Virus record (IMG/VR): IMGVR_UViG_3300047325_000170
Span: 32,001-96,000 of that record
Source: a virus
Length of the DNA stretch: 64,000 nt
Direction: 5' to 3' (one strand)
The position numbers and the translations under genes are program-made. Under the pieces are notes generated by a model. The model was not told the origin of the DNA. It ran no database searches and saw only the letters and a program-made list of their open reading frames with translations. Below, in pieces: positions 9,099 to 18,800 of the stretch. How positions within the stretch are numbered: position 1 is the first letter of the stretch; each line of letters opens with the position of its first letter.

Positions 9099-12000
9099 CT
9101 AGGTGCGCGTTGCGATATGGATGTGGGCACCGGTTCCACGATCAATAAACATGATCGTGCCATCTCCAACATCGGTCCCTGCGGGGGTCGTCAGTTCAGC
9201 GAGCTGGCCCGCATCGTAGTAGCTGTTCACACCGATCTGGGCGACATTGTATCGTTCGGCGAGACGAATGAGTCGCAGTCCAGCCGGAGGGGTTGCGGCA
9301 ACATTAATCATCGGCCCACCGTTCTCGCTGACGAGACCGATATCGATGGCCTGTCCCTTGTAGTGATAGGACCCCGTCCCCGCCCCGAGATCTCCATGGG
9401 AACGTGCTGCTGCTGCAGTCATATAGACCGAGATGCCGTTCTGTGTGAGGAAGTTTAAGAAGGAGATGATGTCATTGCTGACACCTTGGCTTGGCGGGGC
9501 GGTCTGTTGTGTGAGGAGCTCGGTCATAATCAGTGAGCTTTCCCATTGGTGCTTACTGATAATGGCCATACGCGAGGACGTGCTGTAGCTGGTTCCACCG
9601 CTAAGAAAGGTGACGGGATTGGCAACTGACCCGCTCTCCGTTGGAACAGCGATGCCGGCAACCGGAGCAACAATGACCGATTGCGCGGGCGAGGCTGTCT
9701 CTAAGCCCTTTGCGAGGGTGGCATGAACCATGTCTCCCCGTGGCTGAATGGCCCCCAATTGACGGAGCTTCTCTTTGTCCGCGTCACTGATCGTGAGCGA
9801 CGTATCTCCGGGGAGGGCAGCCTGTAGGACAACGGACTCCGAGTGTCCGTTCAGGCCTGCTTGAAGTTCCGCCCCGCGATACTTGAGAAAGACCATGACA
9901 AGGGAGGTCTGGTCGTCCCAGTACCGTGAGATCGCAGTCCATGCGTACCCAAAGATAATCTGGAAGATGACGTTCGCCGCAAGGCCAATGGGATTGAAGC
10001 ATGAGATGATGCGGGCTTCCATGAGGATCGGGAAGAGCTCTGCAGCGAGTCCTGCAAGGCGCCCACCGGCGACGGCGAGATCTTCGGTGACTACAGCTTG
10101 GATGCTCTTCTCACCGACTTGCCCAAAGGCATCAGCAAGGATCTCGGTGAGATCAGCTCCCGCGCCAGCAAGGGTCTTCGAGGTGAGGGTCGTTGACTCG
10201 CGGGTGAGGAAGTTCAGGACGCCGCGCTTGGCAATGACTTCCGCCGCGGTCCGGTTGACTGCTTGATCGAATGTCCCGTTCGTGAAGTTCAGGAAGTTCT
10301 TGGCAATGGCGTCCTTGATAGCCGCATCGAGGATCTCTTCGCCATTCTCGTCGATAGCTTCGGCAAGAACTTCGTTGATGATCTGGGCGGCTGTCTCACC
10401 GGAGACTTTCTCGACGCCAGTCTTCCCAAAGATTGACCGTGTCTTACTGACGGCATTGCTGATGTTCTGGGCGAGTTGCTGGTACTCGCTTGCAGTGGTT
10501 CCAAAAGATGATTGCACGGAGGTCGAGACACTTGTGCTTCCGGAGAGAACACGATTGAGCCCATCGAGGATGAGGTTGCGGATCTGATAGGTGAGGAAGC
10601 GGGGTTTGAACGTCGAGACCGCTTTGCCTCCGATCTTTAGTTCGTAGCCAGTCGGGGGCGGTTTGCTGCCGCCCTTCAGAAACGAGAAGATCCGCTGGGT
10701 GATGTTCTGCTTGGTGACCTTTACGCCAAAGTTGAAGAGTGACTGAGAGAATTGCTTGGTCCCTTGACACAGGGCCCACTTTGCTCCCAAGAGACTGACC
10801 ACGTCCGCCGCAAGGTAGCCGCCAAACCAGGCCCACATCGAGCTCCAGTAGTTCTCACCCTTTACTTCGCAGAGCATGTCCGGCTCAATCGAAGTCACAT
10901 ACCCGACATCGAAACCGAAGTGATGAGTGACCTTGCGCACTCCGCACAGTCCTCGCACGTCCGTGTAGGTGTCGTTGAGGTACATGATGTCGTAGGGCTT
11001 GACTGTCGGATCTCCAAGGACAAGCACCTGCCCTTGGTACATGAGCTTTTGGTAGTCACGCAAGATCGCGCGCGCCATCTGGCGCATGTTCTCCTCGGTG
11101 ATCCAATGCCCCATGCCGCCGGCAATCGAGAAGTCGGTGCCGGGGATCCCGATATTCTCTGCCCAGTAGCCGACAAGGTCGAGCCCCAAGCTCCCGATAA
11201 TGGCCGCCTTGGTTGGCGCAACGTCGAGACCAAGGACGTCGGTGTTTACAATCGCTGTCTTGCGGAAGGCCGAGGAGATCTGCCGGTCAACGGTCTGATG
11301 AACAGGCTTGGGCGTCGGGCGTGAGGACTGATAGCCCTGGCCGTTGTACCACATGGCAATGACGTCCGTGTAGGTCTCTTCGTCTGAGGCACGGATCGTG
11401 TTCGTTAAGAGGTTAGACGTTGAGCCATAGTAGTGGAACTGGCAGAAGGTCTTGGTCTTGTAGCCGACCGGGTAGCCGTAGAAGCGATCAAGCCCCGGGT
11501 CCGCTTGCCCGAGATCGTAGGCGGAGACGCGCTGGTAATCATAGCGGAACTGATAGTAGGGCGCTCCAAAGAAGAGGGTCGAGCGGTACTCGAAGGGCAC
11601 GACGGCCGCGACGTAGGGCGGGAAGTATTGTGCCATCGTGGAGATGACATCCCAGCAGGTCTTGTTCTTCGTGTACATGTTGAAGGTAATGCCCGGCGGG
11701 TGTGGGCCCATGAGTTGCGTCTGTCCCACGTCAGGGAGAGGCGGCGCGTCAAACTGTCCCGAGCTGGGATTGAACCCACCCTGGGCTGCCTTCGCTTGAA
11801 CGTTATCGATAGCCGTCTTTACACTGTAGGGATTGGCAATGACACCAGCGGCTTGCTGCGCAAAGTAGTTGACGCCAACTGCTGATGAGAAGCTGCCAAC
11901 TTCTCGGAAGAACTTCGAGAAGGGGGTGTAGATCGAGTAGACGTTCTCGCAGGTCTCACCGTATCCCGATGGGATTCCTTGGTTGAGCATGTTCGCGGTA

Positions 12001-15000
12001 TTGCCGACCAGAGCAGCCGCGATGCCCGCAACCTTGTACGTTTCCGCAAGCTTCGGTTGCCCTGCCGCTCCCGCAACCCCCGCCGCCGTTGTAAGACCAG
12101 CCTCGAGTAAGCCACCCGTAAGAAAGTTGATACCGGCGAGGGAGGCTTGGTACACATAGTCGGTCAGGGTCTTCGAGGGATTGGTGAACGGCGCCACCTT
12201 CCGGTAGGCGCTGATCTGCTGGGGCTGATTGATCACGTGCGTGTCAGGGTCGAGAACGTCGATGCCCTCAGGTCCATTGTCACCAATTGCGTCCCAGAAC
12301 TGGAAGAGGTAGGGGTTGCCGAAGTGGCTGATACCAATGGGGTTCTCGGCCCATGCGCCGCCTTGGCTTGCACTATAGATGTCGTGCTTGATGAGGTTCC
12401 AGAACTTCGTCCCAAGACTGTAGTCGTAGAGCTCTTCGCCGTGGGAGTTGAGCATCTGCCCAATGATTTCACGTGGCTCGTAGGTGAGATCCATCATCTC
12501 ACCGGTCGGCGCCTGACCGTGCACGAGACGGTTCCCATCAGCAAGGAGTCCCGGAAGGAAGCCGCGGTCGGGTCGGTTGATGGAGTTTGTCTCGGATTCG
12601 GCAGAGGGGATCAGCTTCGTGAGCTCGATTCCATCACCAACTGCGATGATCTGCACCCGCTCGCCGAGACCGACCTCCGCAATACGTCCATTGAAGAGGA
12701 CCGGGAATTTGGCGCCGTTTGAACCGTAACCCATGCGGATGTGGACGCGCACGCCTGGCGCAAGCATGACCTGACCTTGCTGCTTCTTGCGCTGTTCAAT
12801 TTGCTGCTGAACGACACTGTCCGTCCCGAGCAGCAGGCGGATCGGGTTGACGAATCCCTCGACCCAGCGATTGATGTTGTTGCGGATGTCGTCGGTGGCC
12901 GCAAAGACCTCGCCCATGTTGAAGCTTACTGCGCCCTTCGCCACGCTGAGTGCGGCAGTCCCGAGATTGCTGAGAACCGGGATCGTATCTCCGTTGTAGT
13001 TGTAGAGCGCTGAGAGCATATTTGCGCTCAGCTGGAACTGCGTGTAAGACGAGAGATTGCCGTAGGTGTTCATGATCTCAATGATGGCGGTATGCATCGG
13101 ATCCCGGCGATCATTGATGATGTCTATGGATTGGATAGCCTGGAGGGCATAGAGATTCGGCATGAGGTTTTGCCAGCCGATCTTCGGGCCTTCGTCCATG
13201 AGCTGAAAGACGTAGGTGGGGTAGGCTTGAACGAGCCGCCCCGTCATGTCGTGTTCCATAAGATCCCGAAGCATGGCGATCATACGCCCATGTTCGTCGA
13301 TCTGCTGTGAACCAACATCGACGGGATGGTGACTCTGAAGCGCCTGATTCAGGTAGGCTCGCGGGTCCTTCCCATCTTTTTTCTGTCCTAGGATCTCTTG
13401 TGCGGAGTCCTGGACCGCCGCCGGAAGTCCGGGGATTTTCAGCCAGGATGCCGTCCCGTAGTTCCCGGCATTGACACCATAGCTATTTTCTCCCGGGTGG
13501 GTAATCTGGACCGACTGCCCGTCGACCTGAAGCGTCGCTTGGTAGTTGCTTTGCTGCGTGACCGTGGGGGTAAACTGATTCGTAGCCGTTTGGGTGCCGT
13601 TGTTAATGGTCGGCATCGTTAGTGAGCCAACGAGATTGGTGTGGCCGCGCTGCGGACCTGATTCCCAGGCAGTCGACGGCCGCCCTTGATTCGTATTGTC
13701 GCTACCGGGTGCTGCCTCGGGAGCCGTTGCGCCCATCGCCTGAGGATCAACCCCGTAGAGACCGCCCGCCGGATGCTCATCAAAGAGAGACTGCCGAACC
13801 GCTTCGCTAACGGAGCCAGTGATGTTGAGAGCGATAGTTCCGTTCTGGTTGAGGGTGGAGATTTGGCTCGCGACCTGAGCAAGGTACGATGAGGTAGCCG
13901 CTCCGAGGGGGTTGATCGGAATGTTCAGCTTTTCGGCGAGGAGCTCGTTTGGGTAATCGATGTAGAAGTCAGGATCGACGAAGCGACCCTGGTCAGTCCA
14001 ATACTCCCAGCGCAGTTGCTGCATGGCGAGCTGCGCCTGTGCCTCACCGAGCTGCGATGGGTCGAAGATCTCTCCGTTCTGAAGAGCTGCCTGGATACGC
14101 TCGAAGGTCGGAAGCTCGAGGTCAGGATAGAGCTCGAGGTAGGCCATCTGTTCTTTTGCTTCCTGAATAGGCGCAGCCGCAAACCACGCATTGACCGGCC
14201 GACCGGTTGTATCGAAGCCATTGTTGCCCTTGTCACCGGTTGGTTGACGGGGGTCCTTGGCAGGGTTGTAGTCGTTGATATAGCGCTGCCAGAAGACATA
14301 GCGCGGATCGGTCCCGGCGCTGATGGGTCCAACTTCGCCCGAGACCCCTGAAGGCAACTGCTCGTTGATGAGCTGGGGCAGGAGCGCTGCGCCCTTCACG
14401 GCTTCAATACGGCGTTGATGACGCTCGAAAGAGATCATCTCAATCGCGACGGTAAAGATGTTGGGATAGCCCTCGACGGGTTCCGACACAATGTTCGTGA
14501 AAACGACATTATGCACGCCCATAAGGGAAGCGATCTCATTCTCAAAGCCAACAAAGCCGGCAACGAGTTCATAGCGTGCCTCGCGGGCATTGGTACGAGC
14601 GTATTCAACCATTGCCCGCACGGAGTCGAGTGCCGCGAGGGTCAGTGCGGTGAAGGTAACGGTGAAGCGAACTTCGCCCCCTCCCATGTGTTGGTAGCCC
14701 GGCGTCTCATTCGCTGGAGAGCGCACCATCACAAATGAGTTGTTGATCTCGGCCGAGATGCCGGTCATGATCAGGTCGGGTGTATCCCATGGACGCATCC
14801 GTGCCTTGGCGTCATCGGTGAAATTGGTGATTTCAGCGAGAAGGTTCTCGAGCGCTTCGTAGATCGAAAGCTTCTCACTCTGTGGCAAGATCTTCACCGC
14901 ATCGCTGAGGGCATAGGTCTGCCAGCGGTTGTACTGATCGTGAAGATCAGAGAGCCCCTTCAGCCATGCGCTGTCGACAACCGTGAATTGAAACTGGGCT

Positions 15001-15794
15001 GACATGGCGTCGAATGGTTCGCGAGTACTGATGAGGTAGGGCTGCGAAGCAGTCAGTCCATTAAAGGTCTGTTGTTCCGAGGTGGTAAGGGGGGCCGAGC
15101 TTGGAAGATCGGGCCATTTCGCACATACGCGCCACTGCCCCGGCAGCCATTCCGCATAGGCTTGCTGCCAGTACCAGCGTTGTAAGGGGTAGATGAAAGC
15201 GGAGTCAAACTGATAGGGCGGGATCGATGAACAGAAGGTGCCGATTTCGAGAGCCTTACACCACAAGACAACAGCAAGCGCGTTCGGGATCTGTTGTCCA
15301 TCCTTGGTACCGGCCCGGAGGAAGAGCCGCTCGAGCGCGAGGACATGAACCCCATTCGAATTGAGGTACGTGTTCGTGACGGGCAAGATGGGCGTGCGCT
15401 TGAATTGAGCAATCAGACTCGCGATACTGCGATTGTCGATAGGTGGCGAGCTTAAGTAGCCCCCGCTGACGCGACGATTATCGGGATTAGGATCAACTTC
15501 TCCGGTCGAGAGTCCGAAGACATCATAGGCACTCGTGACTTCAAACTCGATCTGGACGATCTTCTCCACAAAGCCGGTGGACATGACAATACCGCCCGTT
15601 GTCCGAGGGACCGGTTCGACGTGGTTGTTGGAGACATCCGTGAGAGAGATACGGTACGGCGGGACCGTCGCGGCAAAGTCTCCGATACGAAGGTAGTCTT
15701 CGTTACCGATGAGCTCCCCGTCCAAACTGCGGTCAAAGTTGATCGCGAGGAGCTGGGGGAAGTTCTCATCAGAAGGATAGCGGAGGAGAGGCAA
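9099..15794 (-). CDS. Giant baseplate hub protein with C-terminal M15-like peptidase
   Basis: Hub-like motifs RVHIRMGYG..LFNGRIAEV and GDPTVKPYD..VRKVTHHF. C-terminal YHYKGQAID...HIHI. TTG start. Confidence 0.7.
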   Translation of the reverse strand: MPLLRYPSDENFPQLLAINFDRSLDGELIGNEDYLRIGDFAATVPPYRISLTDVSNNHVEPVPRTTGGIVMSTGFVEKIVQIEFEVTSAYDVFGLSTGEVDPNPDNRRVSGGYLSSPPIDNRSIASLIAQFKRTPILPVTNTYLNSNGVHVLALERLFLRAGTKDGQQIPNALAVVLWCKALEIGTFCSSIPPYQFDSAFIYPLQRWYWQQAYAEWLPGQWRVCAKWPDLPSSAPLTTSEQQTFNGLTASQPYLISTREPFDAMSAQFQFTVVDSAWLKGLSDLHDQYNRWQTYALSDAVKILPQSEKLSIYEALENLLAEITNFTDDAKARMRPWDTPDLIMTGISAEINNSFVMVRSPANETPGYQHMGGGEVRFTVTFTALTLAALDSVRAMVEYARTNAREARYELVAGFVGFENEIASLMGVHNVVFTNIVSEPVEGYPNIFTVAIEMISFERHQRRIEAVKGAALLPQLINEQLPSGVSGEVGPISAGTDPRYVFWQRYINDYNPAKDPRQPTGDKGNNGFDTTGRPVNAWFAAAPIQEAKEQMAYLELYPDLELPTFERIQAALQNGEIFDPSQLGEAQAQLAMQQLRWEYWTDQGRFVDPDFYIDYPNELLAEKLNIPINPLGAATSSYLAQVASQISTLNQNGTIALNITGSVSEAVRQSLFDEHPAGGLYGVDPQAMGATAPEAAPGSDNTNQGRPSTAWESGPQRGHTNLVGSLTMPTINNGTQTATNQFTPTVTQQSNYQATLQVDGQSVQITHPGENSYGVNAGNYGTASWLKIPGLPAAVQDSAQEILGQKKDGKDPRAYLNQALQSHHPVDVGSQQIDEHGRMIAMLRDLMEHDMTGRLVQAYPTYVFQLMDEGPKIGWQNLMPNLYALQAIQSIDIINDRRDPMHTAIIEIMNTYGNLSSYTQFQLSANMLSALYNYNGDTIPVLSNLGTAALSVAKGAVSFNMGEVFAATDDIRNNINRWVEGFVNPIRLLLGTDSVVQQQIEQRKKQQGQVMLAPGVRVHIRMGYGSNGAKFPVLFNGRIAEVGLGERVQIIAVGDGIELTKLIPSAESETNSINRPDRGFLPGLLADGNRLVHGQAPTGEMMDLTYEPREIIGQMLNSHGEELYDYSLGTKFWNLIKHDIYSASQGGAWAENPIGISHFGNPYLFQFWDAIGDNGPEGIDVLDPDTHVINQPQQISAYRKVAPFTNPSKTLTDYVYQASLAGINFLTGGLLEAGLTTAAGVAGAAGQPKLAETYKVAGIAAALVGNTANMLNQGIPSGYGETCENVYSIYTPFSKFFREVGSFSSAVGVNYFAQQAAGVIANPYSVKTAIDNVQAKAAQGGFNPSSGQFDAPPLPDVGQTQLMGPHPPGITFNMYTKNKTCWDVISTMAQYFPPYVAAVVPFEYRSTLFFGAPYYQFRYDYQRVSAYDLGQADPGLDRFYGYPVGYKTKTFCQFHYYGSTSNLLTNTIRASDEETYTDVIAMWYNGQGYQSSRPTPKPVHQTVDRQISSAFRKTAIVNTDVLGLDVAPTKAAIIGSLGLDLVGYWAENIGIPGTDFSIAGGMGHWITEENMRQMARAILRDYQKLMYQGQVLVLGDPTVKPYDIMYLNDTYTDVRGLCGVRKVTHHFGFDVGYVTSIEPDMLCEVKGENYWSSMWAWFGGYLAADVVSLLGAKWALCQGTKQFSQSLFNFGVKVTKQNITQRIFSFLKGGSKPPPTGYELKIGGKAVSTFKPRFLTYQIRNLILDGLNRVLSGSTSVSTSVQSSFGTTASEYQQLAQNISNAVSKTRSIFGKTGVEKVSGETAAQIINEVLAEAIDENGEEILDAAIKDAIAKNFLNFTNGTFDQAVNRTAAEVIAKRGVLNFLTRESTTLTSKTLAGAGADLTEILADAFGQVGEKSIQAVVTEDLAVAGGRLAGLAAELFPILMEARIISCFNPIGLAANVIFQIIFGYAWTAISRYWDDQTSLVMVFLKYRGAELQAGLNGHSESVVLQAALPGDTSLTISDADKEKLRQLGAIQPRGDMVHATLAKGLETASPAQSVIVAPVAGIAVPTESGSVANPVTFLSGGTSYSTSSRMAIISKHQWESSLIMTELLTQQTAPPSQGVSNDIISFLNFLTQNGISVYMTAAAARSHGDLGAGTGSYHYKGQAIDIGLVSENGGPMINVAATPPAGLRLIRLAERYNVAQIGVNSYYDAGQLAELTTPAGTDVGDGTIMFIDRGTGAHIHIATRT

Positions 15795-15818
15795 CCAGGA
15801 AGCAGATCCTTTACGGGG

Positions 15819-18800
15819 CTACGAGCGGCCTTTCAACTGATCACTCGCGTCCTTGTCACGGTCGCGGGTCGTGCGGCGTGCGTCTTGCATATCGACGTTC
15901 ACCTGGGCCCCAATGGCGTTGCTGATCCCGGCACGGAGCGCTTCGGGGCTTGACATGTCCCCGTTCCGACTTGCACGTACCTGGATGTTGTAGCTCTGGG
16001 CCGAGCCACCGGTGTCGTTACTCATGACGCGGGTGCGGCCGCCCGTTGGGGGCTTGGGCATCTCGGGGGCGTCGCGGATCTCCCCGCTCTGTCCGAAGGT
16101 CACGGCTGCGGTTGCCAGGGCGCCTGCGCCAAGGCCGGCCATGACCCAGGGGTTCCGGAGTTTCTCCATCACCCCGCTCATTGAGAGCTTCTTTGCTATT
16201 TTAGCACCATCTTCGACCATTGAGCTAGCGTTTTGGGTGACCGGGGCCGAGATCATGTTCTCGGTGAGGTCCTTGGTCTCGGGCAGCACGGACTCTGGGA
16301 TGCTTGCCCCGATCTTGGGTTCGGTCAGAGCTTGGCTTGCTGCCTGTGCCTCTTGCATGCGCTCTTCGGTTGTTCCGGCGGCGTCGATAGCCCCACGTCC
16401 AAAGATCCGTGAGAAGATGTCAACCGCGCTCCGGCCGACTTTCTTCCCTGGGTTGGTAATAGTGCGCACCCAGTCCCCGGCATTCGCTAGGTCAAGTGGC
16501 CCGGCGCCGTTCTTCATGGCGGCTTGAGATTTCCAATTGACCGGTTCGGTAAAGGATTCAAACCAGGAGATCTCTTTGCCCCACTTGTCAAATTTCGGTT
16601 CCGCAGCCTGGCCAGTTTTCACCATGTCTGTGAAAGCCTTGAGGGCTTGGTACTTCCAGATATCCTTACCGGCTTCCATGTCCTCCTTGGCGCCCGCAAG
16701 GAAGTACTTGTCCATGTAGCTATCAACGTTCATGGAGCCAGCGCTCGTTTGCAGCAAGCCGCTTTTTTTGTCATAGAGGTCCTGCGTCTTGTCGATCACC
16801 GATGCTCCCGCCACGCCCGGGACACTCACGGGCTTGCCAACCGACTGCTGTTGAAGGAGCGTGGTGAAAGCGTAGGGGTCAAACTGATTGCCGCCCTTCA
16901 CCTTGAGGAACTCTTCACGAATGATGCCCGCGCCGGTATACTGCAGCGCTGCTAGCTCTCGTTCTTCTGGACTTGCTGCGGTGTTCTTGATCGTGTTCAT
17001 GAGCCGGTCTTGGATAGGCGTCGTCACCGCTCCGATGAGACCCTGCGCACTATCAACCTCGTGCTGCTCGAGGATCCTCTCCATCGTGCTCATCTTTAAG
17101 ATTGGGAGATTGGTATGATAGTAGTTCTCAAAGTTGGCGAAGAGCTCTGCTGTTTTGGGCAGGTTCGCTTTGATCTCTTTAAGGGCGGCTTCATGCCCTT
17201 CCCACGCTGCAACCTTGGCCGTCCATGCCGATTCGAATTGCCCGTGCAATTTCTGCATGATCGCCCGATTGATTTTCGTTCCCTCAAGCATGCCGGCAAG
17301 GACAACACGGACCTTGTCACCGTCCGAGTCACCATAGAGTGCCTTACGCAGACTGTCATGAACGTAGAGGCCAAATCCCTTGATGGTATCGTCGACATAG
17401 ACCTTTGCGCCCATACGACCGTAGATCGCATTGGGGTCGCGGTGCACGGTTGCCCAGAAGAACTCTTGTCCCCGCTCGTCTTTCAGCAAGCTTTGGCCCG
17501 GGACAGCGCCGATTTGTTTAGCAAACTCCCGAGAAACCTTGGCGCTGAAGGGTTGGAAGGACGCATCGTCCGCCCAGAGGGACTGCTGAAGGGGTGCCTT
17601 TAAGAAGCCCTTCCCGCTGAAGTCGAGGCTCTTGTAGAGGTTGTTAAGGAGACCCTTCTTGCCCTTGATCTGCGTTGCAAGCGATTGCTGGTAGGACTCA
17701 ATAGATTTATTGAGATCATCCAGGTGGGCAAGATTCTCAGGATCGATCCGAGCGCTGAGCGCAATCACGCGGTCGAGGGCGCGTTGCGATTCGGAGGGAC
17801 GGTAGCCACCGCCCTTTACGTCGGTGAGATCGGGGATCTCATCGGGGGCGTAGAGCCGCCGCCCGTTTCCAATATCGATATACTGTGCGCCACGCCCATA
17901 GCGTGCGAGGTATTCGTCCTTTGAGAGGACGTTCTTCGGTGCTTGTTCGCGTAGGGCGATCTGTTCGGCGGTCATTTCTGTTGCGCCGGTCGCATTCCCG
18001 AATTTCATCGGATTTTGGTTGGCTTCATACGCAGAGAGGTATTGGTGGAGCTTGTAGGCTCTCTTCTGAGTGGTCGGGTTAGCGAGGTAAGAGGTCTTGA
18101 GATTCTCAGCCTGGAGAAGGAGACCCTCAGCCTCGTAGGCCTTAATGTCAAAGGCCTGCATACCGGCTTCGTTCCGCTTGGGATTGAGGCGTTTGTGCTT
18201 TGCGTAGAGCGCTTCTTCCGCTGTCATGTCCGTCGTGGGCGAAGGATCATTGATGACGCGAGTGGCCAGCATCGACTGTTCATACTGCACGCGGTAGCGG
18301 TTCCCGCTCCGTGAGGTGAAGTTGGTTGTTTGGAGTAATTCCATGCCGCCGCTCGGATCGATCTTCTGTCCGAGCTCGTTCATCATGCGCTTCGCTTCAA
18401 GGGCCTTCGCCACGTTGGTCTCATCAAAGCGATGTTTGCCGGAGATCGCTCGGTTGACGACGTAGCCATTCTCGATGCTGAACTTCATACCGAGACCAAG
18501 CTGATCGAAGATCTCCTGCAACCCTTGTTGAAGAGCAAGGGCCTTCTGGGGATCCTTGCCAGCCCGCGCCATCATCATATTCATCTGACCGCGGACGAGC
18601 ATGCCTGCGCCTTCGTGCTTCTGGAGGGTCTTCACGAGTGGGACGCCAGAGAAGATCTTGACGAAGTCATCGTCCCAGGTCGTTTTCCCACCGTTGATGA
18701 CGACGGTGTTCTTCGACATATCGGCCATGATCTTCATGTTGTGAAGATTGGCCCCGGCCCCGAAGGCCTCGTTGATCTCGGGCTTCGCGATGGCCTGTTG

